Of a stretch of 64,000 bases of DNA, positions 1 to 11,457 are shown one piece after another (position 1 is the first letter of the stretch; each line of letters starts with the position of its first letter). The DNA is taken from the NCBI GenBank assembly GCA_964019335.1, contig OZ025739.1, forward strand, positions 248,001 to 312,000, read 5' to 3'. Source of the stretch: Diplonema japonicum. Its lineage: Eukaryota; Protista; Euglenozoa: Diplonemea. The notes beneath the pieces are model-generated. The model was not told the DNA's origin and did no database searches. It worked only from the letters and a program-made list of their open reading frames with translations. Position numbers and translations under genes: made by a program.

Positions 1-1
1 G

Positions 2-346
2 TTTGCGGAAGAAGGCAGGCTTCGTGTGAAGGCCGTGCAGCATGCGAAAGAACAGGAATTCATCGCCGCCCCGCCCACGCCTGCAACCTGCACAACGTGC
101 AGCTCGGGGAAGAAAAAAAAGCCCAAAAAGAAACCTTCTCCTTACCCGCAGGTCGTGTACCTCACGGCCCCCGAACCTTCTCCCTACCACAACCCGAGGC
201 ACTTTGTTGACCCTTTCCCTGCTTACCCGTCTCCGTCGCGCTGCACCTGCACTCCAACACCTGCAGGAGAGAGACGCAGACACCGCCCACACAAGGTCAA
301 CCCACTGCCCGGCGGATCTGAACCCCCGCCTCTTGTTGTTCTGTAG
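2..346 (+). CDS. 3' end of a hypothetical Pro/Lys-rich protein running in from the window edge
   Basis: Frame open from base 2 to TAG at 344-346. GC-rich, coding-like sequence ends where homopolymer spacer begins. Confidence 0.5.
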   Translation, partial: FAEEGRLRVKAVQHAKEQEFIAAPPTPATCTTCSSGKKKKPKKKPSPYPQVVYLTAPEPSPYHNPRHFVDPFPAYPSPSRCTCTPTPAGERRRHRPHKVNPLPGGSEPPPLVVL

Positions 347-645
347 ATTCGTTAACTTTTTTTTAAAGGAAAAAAACTTTTTTTTGAACAACTATTTCTA
401 TAAACCCCCCCCCCCCTCCCCCCAATGAATGTATTGTAGTTTGAAATAAAAAGAATGCAAGAGGGAGGACAAGGGAAAAGGAGGGGGGGAAATGAATAAA
501 AAGTAAATACCCCCCCCCCCCCCCCACCCCACCCACGTCCCTCCCCTCCCGTTCTTATTATTATTTTTTGTCCATTTTTGCTGTGCAAACAATTTTATTG
601 TAAAAAAAAAAAAAGAGGGAGGAGAGGGGTGGGAGTGGGGAAGAA

Positions 646-1887
646 ATGTCGGGATCTGAGGGGGAGGCCGCTCCTCCGTCTGTCCCCATGCTTGCTGCAC
701 ATCACAGGTTCGCGGCGCAGGTGAAGTGTCAAGTTCCAACCCCGAGCGTGGCGGCGGGCGTGCTGGAAATGGGGTCCAGCGACTACGAAAATTTCAACGA
801 AGGCGTGAACGAGAAGATGATGCAGATGGCAACGGGCCACCTCCACAGCGCCGGTTTCGGCCTCCCAACAGACGAACAACATGCGTACTACTGCGGGACC
901 TCATCGGACTCAGATTTCATATACGGACAGGAAGACGCTATAATGAAGCAGAAACTCACAGAACGGCGTGAAAGGGACCGGAAAGCAATTCTAGCGGAAC
1001 AAGCCAGAGTGAGAAAAGTCCGCATGCAGTGCGCAATGGCACAACTCGTGTCAACCCTTCCCCAACCAAGCGACCATTCTTTGGAAACAATAGTCTCACG
1101 AGCGTGTGAGTACATAGAACAGCTCAGTGCTTCTGCGGAAAACGCTTACTGCGATAACATCCGGCTCAAGGCAAAGATTAAACAGCTTACCGAAGAAGAA
1201 AGCCTCACCGAACGAAGCTCCGTTGCTGACATCCCAAAGCCCGACTTTAACGAAGCTTTAAAAGCCGCTTTGAAAGGCCTTGCTCCGGTGTTCTGGATGG
1301 CATTGGTGTTGTCCGCTGTCATTTCTCCAAGAAGGCTCGCGAGAACTCTGTGGAGCTGGGACCCTGGCCAGGCTGTTGAAAAATTTTTCTCGAACAGACA
1401 GTTATTTTCCGTTCCCGTTGTGCATCGCGGTATAAATGTGTTTTCTGTTGTTGCGGCTGTTATAGCAGTGTTGGTCATGAGGAGGGTTAAGAAGATTTTT
1501 GCGGTGTTGGGATATTCTGCGCTTGCTATTATTCCCGATGAGCAGCCAACAGTGGTGCAGCCGAAGAAGGCACAGCACCGTTCACATGCTCCTCCTTTGC
1601 CCCCGCCCTCTGCCGCTCCTGGTTTTCACCATCCTTTGAAAAAGAAGGCTCAGTCAAAGGTCATGGAATATCTACACTCAGAGGGCATTGCCGCCCGAGG
1701 AAGGATCGTGCCTGAGACTTACCAGCGACGTAGAACTACATCCACCTCCACCTTTAATAATAATACACACGGACACGCGGCAGGCAGAGCTCCTTATGCA
1801 AGATCGCGGACGCTATCTTCGGCGTCATATGGCCAAGGACACCCTCGAATGCTGCGCGCTGCTTTTGGTTCACATGATGATTTCTAA
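646..1887 (+). CDS. Membrane-anchored bHLH-leucine zipper protein (SREBP-like architecture)
   Basis: Basic/helix1 ARVRKVRMQCAMAQLVSTLP, helix2 SLETIVSRACEYIEQL, zipper DNIRLKAKIKQL, then hydrophobic LAPVFWMALVLSAVI and INVFSVVAAVIAVLVM about 35 aa apart. Confidence 0.7.
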   Translation: MSGSEGEAAPPSVPMLAAHHRFAAQVKCQVPTPSVAAGVLEMGSSDYENFNEGVNEKMMQMATGHLHSAGFGLPTDEQHAYYCGTSSDSDFIYGQEDAIMKQKLTERRERDRKAILAEQARVRKVRMQCAMAQLVSTLPQPSDHSLETIVSRACEYIEQLSASAENAYCDNIRLKAKIKQLTEEESLTERSSVADIPKPDFNEALKAALKGLAPVFWMALVLSAVISPRRLARTLWSWDPGQAVEKFFSNRQLFSVPVVHRGINVFSVVAAVIAVLVMRRVKKIFAVLGYSALAIIPDEQPTVVQPKKAQHRSHAPPLPPPSAAPGFHHPLKKKAQSKVMEYLHSEGIAARGRIVPETYQRRRTTSTSTFNNNTHGHAAGRAPYARSRTLSSASYGQGHPRMLRAAFGSHDDF

Positions 1888-2379
1888 TATTTATTCGGGG
1901 AAAAAAAAAAAAAAAAAAAAAAAAATGGGGAATTTTTTTTTTTGATCAGTTTCAGTTTTTTTATTCGTGTGACTTTTTTTTTGATATCGTGCGTTCCGTG
2001 TGTTTTTTTTTTTTTCTAGAAAAGATTTTGGATAGGTGGTGGGGGGGGGGGGGGGGGAGAAAGATGAAGTAAACCCTACAGCAGTTAAGCTGACATTTTT
2101 TTTTTGGGGGGGCGTCTCACAAAGACTTCCTTTAACTCATATATTATTTTATTTATACCCCCCTCCCCCATCTCTCTTTCTCCACCCACCCTTTTTTTTC
2201 CCCTTTTTTTTCTCCCCTCCTTTTTTTGATCCATCCTACACTCGGAGGGAAGAAAAGAAAAAAAAGGGGGGGGAGAAGGCAAAAGGAAAAAAAAGGCGAC
2301 ATCCTTTTTTTTTTATTTTTTTTTTTTTTGGCGAGTGGGAGAAATTAAAAAAAAAGTCCCATTTATGAGTTCATTCGGG

Positions 2380-2412
<33 letters not shown>

Positions 2413-2697
2413 TCAAAACAAATGACCCTCCTGCGCGGCGGGGGAAAAAATACCACCCGGCAAATTTCAAATGTAAAAAAAAAAAAAAAATAAATAAAAG
2501 TAGTCCATCACCACTTTGTGCGCAGACTTGGCCGGGTCCAACATACAAATTAAGTCACAATTTATTTTTCGCCAAGCTCATAAAACACCTTTTTTTTTTT
2601 GTTTTTTTTTTTTTTTTTTTTCTCCTCATTCCGGTATTTTTTTTTTTTTTTTCACAAAAAAAAAAAAAAAAAAAAAAAAAAAACCCGTCCCAGGGGG

Positions 2698-3948
2698 ATG
2701 GAGGTGTCTGGCCTTGAAACGGACACCAATGAAAACGAGAATGTCGACTGTAATGATGAAGAAAACAATCTGAACATCAACGAAATGACGCAGGATGCGA
2801 AGACGGGGCTGGACGATGTCTCGCAAGAAAGCTGGCGGGCGCTGATTAAAGAAAGGGTCGAGGTGCTGGCAGCGAAGAAAAAACAACGCCAGTTTTTATA
2901 CTTGGGAGGCTTCGCCTTGGGGCTGGGTGTTTTACTAGCGGTGACCGGGTTCATCTTGGGTTGGGAAAAAGGCAGGAAATTCCCGTTAATTATCGGGGGA
3001 TACTGTGCAGCCCTCGCGACACTCCTGTCCATATTCCAGGTCATGGAACATTTGGCTGGATTCTCAGATCCTGAAATCCAGTCAAGAATTGTTCGAATTC
3101 TGTTTATGGTGCCTATCTATGCAATTACTAGCTGGCTTGCCATTGCATATTCTAGTTATGCAGTTTATTTCGATCTTGTTAGAGATATGTATGAATCTTA
3201 CGCGATCTATACATTTTTTTCACTGATGATCGGGTTGTTGGGGGGACTGGACGAATGCGTGAGGTATTTTATGATAAATGGGCATATCGGGGATGGGCTC
3301 CCGCATCCTTGGCCGTTTTGCTGCTTGAAAAACTGGTTTATGGTTCCGGCGGTACTGTACAGGATAACACTGTCGATATTGCAATTCATGGTTTTAAAAC
3401 CTCTTTGCACCGTAATCGTCATCATTCTTTCCATTGCCGATGTGTATGGATCATCATTTACCGACTTCGGAAACAGCTTTATCTACATCACCTTCATCTA
3501 CAACATCTCGATTACCGTGGCGTTTTCTGCGCTGATTTATTTTTACATTGCGACGAAGGATCTCCTCAAAGACCATGATCCTTTGTTGAAATTTACTTGT
3601 ATAAAAGGTGTCATATTCCTCTCATACTGGCAAGCTCTTGCGATCGCTATCATGGACGCAACCGGGCTTCTCCCCCGTGTACCCTTCTGGGAGCAAGGGG
3701 AGGAAACGAGGATCGGGCTGCAGGATTTTTTGATCTGCTGTGAGATGCTTATATTTGCCATTGTTCACAAATACGTCTTCGGGGCGAAAGAGTACACTCA
3801 AGGATTGCAGGTGGGCGCGCGTATTGTAAGGGGTGCGGTGCTTCCCACTGCAAAACAAGGCATTTGGACAAATTTGAAACGGACTCTACAACATGATGAT
3901 GTTGCTGCAGACTTCGCGGCAACTTGGAGCTTCATCCGGGCGTTTTGA
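2698..3948 (+). CDS. TMEM184: TMEM184/organic solute transporter alpha family membrane protein
   Basis: Motifs IVRILFMVPIYAITSW, DLVRDMYESYAIYTFF, PLLKFTCIKGVIFLSYWQ, LQDFLICCEM. First ATG after the poly(A) leader is at 2698. Confidence 0.9.
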   Translation: MEVSGLETDTNENENVDCNDEENNLNINEMTQDAKTGLDDVSQESWRALIKERVEVLAAKKKQRQFLYLGGFALGLGVLLAVTGFILGWEKGRKFPLIIGGYCAALATLLSIFQVMEHLAGFSDPEIQSRIVRILFMVPIYAITSWLAIAYSSYAVYFDLVRDMYESYAIYTFFSLMIGLLGGLDECVRYFMINGHIGDGLPHPWPFCCLKNWFMVPAVLYRITLSILQFMVLKPLCTVIVIILSIADVYGSSFTDFGNSFIYITFIYNISITVAFSALIYFYIATKDLLKDHDPLLKFTCIKGVIFLSYWQALAIAIMDATGLLPRVPFWEQGEETRIGLQDFLICCEMLIFAIVHKYVFGAKEYTQGLQVGARIVRGAVLPTAKQGIWTNLKRTLQHDDVAADFAATWSFIRAF

Positions 3949-4038
3949 GAGGGAAGGGAAAAAAAAAAGAAGAAAAAAAAATAGAACCCTCCTTTCCCCC
4001 CCCCTCATTTCCACTTTTTTTTTAAAAAAAAATCAATT

Positions 4039-4071
<33 letters not shown>

Positions 4072-4616
4072 CCTTCTCTTAAATGTACTATAGAACTGGA
4101 AAAGAAAGAAAAGAAAAGAAAAAAACGGGGGGGGGGAGTTCGTAACATTTTTCTTCCCATATATTCTTTGGGCCCCCTCCCCCCCTTTACGGCAGTCTCA
4201 AAAGAAAAACTCCGGTATCTTATCACAATTCTTTTTTTTTTAATTTTTTTTTACGGGCATTTTTTTTTTTGTAAGAGGGGAAATTGGGTGTGCCACACTG
4301 CCCCAATTTTGCTGTTGAGAATGCTCCAAATGTGTCCATTTTTTTAAGGAAGGGGTGGGGGGATCAACAGGGGGGATAAGGGGAAAAAAAAAGGCAACTT
4401 GTGTTGTTGTTGTTTTCTTTTTTTTTAATTTTATTCGCTCCCTCCTATCCCATCCTTCCTTTAGTTTTTCTTTTTCTTTTTCTCTTCGTCCATTTTTTTT
4501 TTTTTTTTCCTACACCCTGCTCACAAATTAAAGTATTTTGAGGATTTTCTTTTTCCCCCGCTCCATTTTTTTTTTTTTTTCCAGGGAAAGATCGACAAAA
4601 AAAAAAAAAAAAAAAT

Positions 4617-5772
4617 ATGTCGTTCCTTTCACCAAAGATAAAAAGAGGATTGAAAACGGTTTTTATAGCGTACGATGCAAATGGAGACGGGGAGTTGGAC
4701 GAACACGAGCAGAAGAAAATCGAGGATGTTCTGGGGCCTCGAAAAAAACAGTCAACTCCGGCCGTGGCTGTGAAGGACGAAGCGTTTCAAGAATACATGA
4801 AAACAAGCTGGGACGAACCCTTGATGTCGCTCTGCGAAAAACTGGTGAAATACATTATAACCGAGGAAATTCTTCCACAGTGGAACGGCAACGACAGAAC
4901 CGTGGAATGGACACGCGGGCAAATACAGTCGCCCCAAGAAGACCGGCATCTTCCACCCGACCCGAAAACCATATTGGAAACAAAAGACATATTACAGTAT
5001 TGTTTGGCCTCTCCCAACGGTTTGCAACTCTTAAAAGAACACTGTGTAGCCGCTGCTCCGCCTGTTGAAACAACACCTTCTCTCGAACCCGATCTGAGAA
5101 TTGAAGATCCATTTGAAGAAACTGAAATAATTCACGAAGAAGAAACCGCTCCTGAAGAACCTCCTGTGTCGCCGAAAGAAGAAGAACCTAGCACTCCTCA
5201 AGAACCACGAGAAGACCACAAACCAAGTTTCTTAACAGAGCCTTCCGAGGAGGAAAAGAACGCAATCGAAAGAATCCACCAAAATACTGTAAAAAACGAA
5301 CCGGAAGAACAGCCGTACACAATGACCTTGAATGAGCTAAAATTAAAAGTGTCGGAACTGGAAGCTCTTAGGATAACGCTAGAAAATATTTCATTGAAAA
5401 CTGAGAAGGAGCTGCCTACCCGCGACGGCAAAAAAGTGGATTCCTTATTTGTCTCGCCCGAGCTGCCCTTCCGGGTTCGCGATAACCACCATCTCTACCA
5501 GGCACAGCACCAGATTCCCCCGCCGACTTTCTCGCAGAGTCCTGCTCCGTTCAGTGAACAGCCCTTGTACCGTCCCCCGCAACCCGGCAGGGGTAAAGAG
5601 AACAGGGGTGTCTTCTTATCCACCAGGAGAGAGGATCATCTGAAGTATGTGATGGGCGCGGCGAGCAAGCGTGTTGCCGCAACACCAACAACAACAACAA
5701 CAACAACACCAACAATCCCGATGCCCGCAAAAAAGAAGCGGGACAAGGGTATCACGTTCACTATGATGACGT

Positions 5773-5774
<2 letters not shown>
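4617..5774 (+). CDS. Hypothetical protein with one N-terminal EF-hand and an acidic low-complexity middle
   Basis: DANGDGELDEHE is a canonical EF-hand loop; 385-aa ORF. Confidence 0.75.
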
Positions 5775-5820
<46 letters not shown>

Positions 5821-5902
5821 GTAGTTCAGTATTTTTTTTTTTTTTTTTTTTTTTCCGGGGGGAAAAAAAAAAGAACTTCAGAATTCACAAAAAAAAAAAA
5901 AA

Positions 5903-6880
5903 ATGAACTTTGCATGGAAAGCCGTGATATGGATCGGCTCGGCGGTACTGATATTGGTACGGATGTTTTTAGATTCTAGGTTGATCGCACGCGGTGTGCG
6001 ATGGTGGTGGGCCAGCGAGAGAGACGCACAAGACGGGCGTCCGGTCGCAGACGGCGTTGAAGTCTCAGAAGTATCCTACGGGACAGGTTGGAGAGAAACA
6101 GCGTACCTTTTGAAAGACCGGAGAGGCTGCTCGGGGAAGGTGATTCTATACGTCCACGGAGGTGGCTGGGGGGCAGCCAACGCCACAACCCTGATCCATT
6201 CCATGACTCCCTTCGTCAGAAGAGGTTACACTGTAGTTGCAGTGAACTACCCATTAGCCCCAACACACCCCTTCCCCCACGCGGTTGTGTCCATAGTCAA
6301 GTCACTTGCTTTCTTCAACAAAGAGTACGGATATACTAGCATTCATCTTCACGGAGATTCGGCTGGAGGGAACCTGACTACTTTGACAGCCGCTTTCATT
6401 TCTAACCCGAGCCTTCTTCGCCAGATTTCCGATGTTTCGTTGTTGGATCTTCCTGACATTATGACTGTTACATCGTTGTACGGGTTGCTAGACGATGGAT
6501 CTTGGTGGAGCCCTGTTCCAGGGGTGCCATGGTTGGAAGCGAAGATTTGTTCGTTTCTTTACTCTGTTTCGATTGGGGTGTATAAGGGCAGCCGTGCCGA
6601 CAAGGTGACCATCACGGACTATTTGCCGTTTATCAAGAACCTCCCTCCTTCGTTGTTGATCGCGGGTGCGAGGGATCCGTTGGTGCATTCCAGTTCTTCT
6701 TTGCACTGGAATCTTCGGTCGAAGGGCCTTCCTTCTCATTTCTATGCGGTAAAAGGCGCAAGACATGCATTTTTCGGCCTCCCACCAGATTTTTTCTCGG
6801 GCTTGCTTCCGGCACAGCAATACACAATACAGCAAGTAGTTAAGTTCATGGAAAAATATGAACCGAGGTGTCTGCTGTGA
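5903..6880 (+). CDS. Alpha/beta hydrolase, hormone-sensitive-lipase family esterase with N-terminal anchor
   Basis: HGGGW oxyanion motif, GDSAGG nucleophile elbow, DPL Asp, HAF His. Confidence 0.9.
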   Translation: MNFAWKAVIWIGSAVLILVRMFLDSRLIARGVRWWWASERDAQDGRPVADGVEVSEVSYGTGWRETAYLLKDRRGCSGKVILYVHGGGWGAANATTLIHSMTPFVRRGYTVVAVNYPLAPTHPFPHAVVSIVKSLAFFNKEYGYTSIHLHGDSAGGNLTTLTAAFISNPSLLRQISDVSLLDLPDIMTVTSLYGLLDDGSWWSPVPGVPWLEAKICSFLYSVSIGVYKGSRADKVTITDYLPFIKNLPPSLLIAGARDPLVHSSSSLHWNLRSKGLPSHFYAVKGARHAFFGLPPDFFSGLLPAQQYTIQQVVKFMEKYEPRCLL

Positions 6881-6983
6881 ATTATTATTATTATTATTTT
6901 TTTGTTTTTTGTTCAAGTGGGATTCTATCCTTTTTTTTTTTTTTTTTAGAAAAGTAGTTGTAAAAGGATTTTTTTTTCTTTAT

Positions 6984-7268
6984 GGGGCAGCAAGACCTTT
7001 GACGGGGTCTAGGTGAGCAACGACACCTCCCCTTAAGCGAGTCCTTTCAGGGAAGTCTGTGTCAAACAAGAAATAAAGCAAACCTTTGGTGACAGGACCA
7101 CTGTCACCTAGACACAGACAGAACTTCTCTTCAATACAGGGGTAACATGGATCGCATTTGGCTTCAGCAAAAGAAAAGATGCCCCCCACCCCACTGCGAG
7201 GAAACGGGGAGGTGGCGCTGTACAGGTTAGAAACTCACTCCAATGTGTAGTGACTTGTGTCACCTTTG
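6984..7268 (+). repeat. Structured dispersed repeat, long copy (SINE/SIDER-like or ncRNA)
   Basis: 6984-7064 matches 17832-17912 at 79/81 nt. Several perfect stems: AGACC/GGTCT, AGGTG/CACCT, GTCTGTGTC/GACACAGAC, GGTGACAG/CTGTCACC. Strand is assumed. Confidence 0.7.
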
Positions 7269-7977
7269 AAATTGTTAGTTAAGAGATTGAATTTCTTTTT
7301 TTTTTCTTCTTCTTTGTAGCAACCCACAACTAGCCCCCTTTTTTTTTTTCATTTTATTCCGTTACGTTCTGCAGCCTTGTTTGGCTGCGCAATCCACTTC
7401 CTTTTTTTTTTTTTTTTTCTGTTTCTTCGGCTATCGTTTTTCATTCTTATTAAAAAAAAAAGTTTTTTTTTTGACTCCGAAAATATGAAGGATCCTCTCT
7501 CCCTTTATCCATTATTATAAGACGGTGCATAGCTGCACTGCGTTTAAATTAAAAAAAAGATTTTTTTTAACTTCAAGTCCCGAGCTTGACTATTGCACGG
7601 GGGGAGGGGGATCTATTTATTTATTAGTCATCTTTATTTTTTGTCCCCGTCGTTCCCTTCCATCTTCTTTTTTTTCTTCTCTCTACTTGTGCTTTTTTTT
7701 TTTCTTTTTCTCTTCCCCCTCCTTTCCGTCTTTTTTTTTTTACAAAAAAATGAAGAGTGCGAGGGGGAAAAAAAAAAAATCTGGGAAAGAGAGGTAAAGT
7801 AGAACGAATAGAAAACGTGGGGGGGCAACAGAAAGGGAAAACGAAAAAAAAAAAGAATTTTTTCTTCTTCTATTCTTCTTCTATATGCATGGGAGGGGGA
7901 AAAAAAAAAAAAAAAAAAAAAAAAAACCAAGGGGGATCCAGGCATCACAAATAAGTAAATAAAGGAAGAAAAAAAAA

Positions 7978-10043
7978 ATGTCTTTGGGCAGAGGGTTAGT
8001 TGTGCTGACCGCGTTGAGTTGTTTAAGCAGCTGGAGCGAAGCAAGATTTGTATATGTGCCGAATTCAGTATGCAAGAAAAAAAAAAGAAAAAAAAAAGAA
8101 AAAAAAAAAACAAGATATTGGAGAGAAGAGAAGGCGGTCATGTGGATTCACAAGTTAACTCCCTGACTTCTACAGACGGCATCATCCCTTTTGGCTTCTA
8201 CGACCTTCAGTTCTGCCGACCTAACAACCACACCGCGGCTAGTTTTGTAGAGAATCTCGGCACGCTTCTCAGAGGTGACAAAATCGAAGACTCCCCTTAC
8301 AGCTTCGCTATGCTTCAAAACACATCCTGCACAATGGTGGCCTGCAAAGAAAAGGACAACGTTTTGAACAAAGAAGCGCTGAAAAAATTCGAGAAGCGTA
8401 TCGTGCGGGGGTACAGGGGAAACATGATCGTGGACTACCTGCCCGCCCTCCGCAGCGGCAAGCTCGACAAGAACAACTGTAAAAAGTGTGTAAAAAAAAA
8501 AAATTATATTAAACATTAAAAAAAAAAAAAAGGGGCCGCAATCCTTTGAGAACCGATACCGATGTGCGTGGTTTCGCCATCGGCGGCTGTTCCAAGAGTG
8601 AAGTGTACATCAACAACCACTTGGACTTCACCATCGAGTATAACTATGTCGATACCACAAACAAGAAGGACAGCAACTATTACGTTGTAGGCTTCTACGT
8701 GTCCCCAAGATCCATCGGAAAGAGAAACGCCGTTGACAAATGCTCCATGGAAAATCCTGCCACACATTTCTCCACAAAACTCGCAGAGGGCGAAACCACT
8801 AAAAGCATCGAGTGGTCTTACTCCGTGAAGTGGAAATACAACCCTGCTGTGGAATGGGTCACAAGGTGGGACAACTACCTGAACTCTTCAGAAGCTGACA
8901 CCGATGCCCAGGCTCATTGGCTTCGTATCACACAGTCCATTCTTGTCATTCTCTGCCTGTCAGGTGTTGTTGCCATAATTCTAATGAGGACTCTTCATTT
9001 GGATTTTAACAGGTACAACAACCCTGATAATGAAGAAGAGATGCAGGAGGAGGTTGGATGGAAGCTTGTTCACACCGATGTGTTCCGCCCCCCTTCGCAC
9101 CCGAATCTTTTCGCTGCGGTCATCGGGACCGGGACACAGTTACTCGGTATGTCGTGTGCTACGTTGTTGTTCGCATTGCTTGGGTTTTTGTCGCCCGCCC
9201 GCCGTGGGTTCCTTTTGACTACATTGATTCTCCTCTTTGTTCTGATGGCGTTTTTCAACGGTTACGTGACCGGGCTTCTTCAGATGATGTTCTCTGTCAG
9301 GCAGTGGAAGACCGTTGTTTTCGCGGGGACCGCCTTCCCTGGGTTTATCTTCCTCATTTGGGGCTTCTCCGAGGCGCTTCTCGCGCACCGCGGGGCAGCC
9401 AACGCCGTTCCTGTCGGGACCGTGTTCTCGATCATCGGGCTGTGGTTCGGGATCTGCCTCCCGCAGGCCATCCTCGGCGCGTCGTTCTCGTACCGCCAGG
9501 CTCCTATTGAGAACCCGTTGAGGTACAACGTGCAGGAGAAGGCGATTCCCTCGCAGAAGTGGCTGTTCAGTTACCCCGCGACTATCTTGGTATGGAGATG
9601 GGAAACAAAAAAAAAAAAAAAAAAAAAAATCCAGCTCCCGGGCATTGTCCCGTTCGCAGCTGCGCTCACAGAGCTGTCGCTTCTTATGAGGTCGATCTGG
9701 CAGGTAAGGAAAAAAAAAAAAAAAAAAAAAAAACACACACACAGGGCCAAGTGTACTATGTGTTTGGGTTCCTCTCCCTTGTATTCGTGGTTTCCGTCAT
9801 CACCGTTTGCCTCACTGTTATTGTGTACATTTACTACCAGCTTGTCTTTGAAGACTACAGGTGGTGGTGGAAGTCCATCTTTGTGCCCTCTGGAATGGGG
9901 GTTTACTACTTCCTCTATGCTATTCATTACTACAACTCCACTCTGAACGTCAAGACGTGGCTGGCGGCCTGGATGTACTTCTCTTTCTGCGGTATCGTTG
10001 CGGTGGCCATAACGCTTATAGCCGGGACTGTGGGTATGGGGTC

Positions 10044-10078
<35 letters not shown>

Positions 10079-10136
10079 TTTCTACGCTGCGTGGATGTTC
10101 ACTAGAAAGATCTACAGGTCAATCAAGATCGAATAG
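7978..10136 (+). CDS. TM9SF: Transmembrane 9 superfamily (EMP70/nonaspanin) protein, 6 exons
   Basis: Signal peptide, ENLGTLLRGD, GWKLVHTDVFRPP, EDYRWWW, C-terminal IYRSIKIE. GT-AG introns 8068-8114, 8486-8532, 9590-9634, 9704-9744, 10034-10077 restore one frame. Confidence 0.92.
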
Positions 10137-11234
10137 ATTAGAGGAAGGGGGAGGTGCATTTTTTTTTTCACTAAAATAATTTTTATTTTATTTGTGGGAG
10201 GATATTTAGGGATGATTTTTTTTTTCTTGAAATCCAGAGGAAGGAGAAAAAAAAATAGTAGATTAAAGATCTATTGGTGGAGAGATACAGGGGGAAAAAA
10301 AAAGAAGAAAAAAAGGGGGGGTTCTTTAAATTGCTTCAAAGAAGAAACAAAGCCCCCCCCCCCCCCCCCACGATATAAATTTGCATTTTTTGTTCTTTTT
10401 CTGTCCTTTTTTTTCGCTCTGTAGGTGCCACCCTGTTTGGTCGATTTTCTCTCTGTGTGCTTTCTTTTTTTTTTCTTGCTGAGAAAAAAAAATATTAATC
10501 CGGAAGTGTTTCTTTTTTTGTTTTTTTTTTGTTTCTTCCCCCATTTCCTCGTTCCCGCCCCCCCCCCCCTTTTTTATATATTTCTCATTTCTTTTTTTTT
10601 TTCCTCTTAAAATTAGCAACTCTTCCTGTCCTGTCAGAAAGAAGAAGAAGAAAAAAGAAAATCGAGGAAAAAGAAAAGAAAGAAAAAAAAAAAAAAAAAA
10701 AAAGAGCCCGTGCATGTTGCATGAACACAAAAGGAGGCCACTCGCCATAGGGGGCACGACTGGGTCACATTTTTCTCCTTTACTGTTATCACCTGCGATT
10801 TCCTGCAGTGGTAAAGTTATTCTTTTTTTTTTCTCAAGGCGATAATAACTTTTTGTGCTTACTTTTAGCTCGGGGGTTTATCGCTGGATTCCCCCGCCCC
10901 CCCCCCTTTTTTTTGGAATTAGAACACAGAACATAAATAATAAGGGGGGAAAAAATGGAAAAAAAAGAGGACACACAACACCCCCCCATCCCCAGGAGAA
11001 AAGTCAAAAAAAAAGAGAAAAAACTGAAGAATCTTTTTTCATATTTTTTTTTTTTTTTTTTGGAGATGTTTTATCTATTTACCCCACCAAATTTACTTTT
11101 TTTTTTTGTGCCAGACGACCAGAAGAACCAAGGGATCAGGTCGCTTTTGCAAAAAAAAAAACCAGGAAAAAAGAAAAATGCCCTGGTCAGTTACGGGATA
11201 GATGCGTTCAGACGAGGGTGACGGGGATTCAAAG

Positions 11235-11268
<34 letters not shown>

Positions 11269-11457
11269 GATGTTGAAGTGTTAGCATGTTTTAAAAATAG
11301 CATACTTCTTCTTCTTTTTTTTTCTTGTTTTTTTCCCATCCCCAAACTCTCTCCACTCAACTTTCCCATTTTTTTTTTTCACATCCGTTTTCCTTTAATC
11401 TTTCCACAAAATATTGTAACTTCTCTAAAGGTTTTAAGAAAAAAAAAAAAAAAAACG

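Noticed and set aside
7150-7220. HDV-like ribozyme on the minus strand (TCCTCG motif), or RNase P/SRP RNA identity for the repeat
   Set aside because: P3 is weak, there is no P2 partner and no G1. RNase P and SRP conserved regions are not present in the right order.
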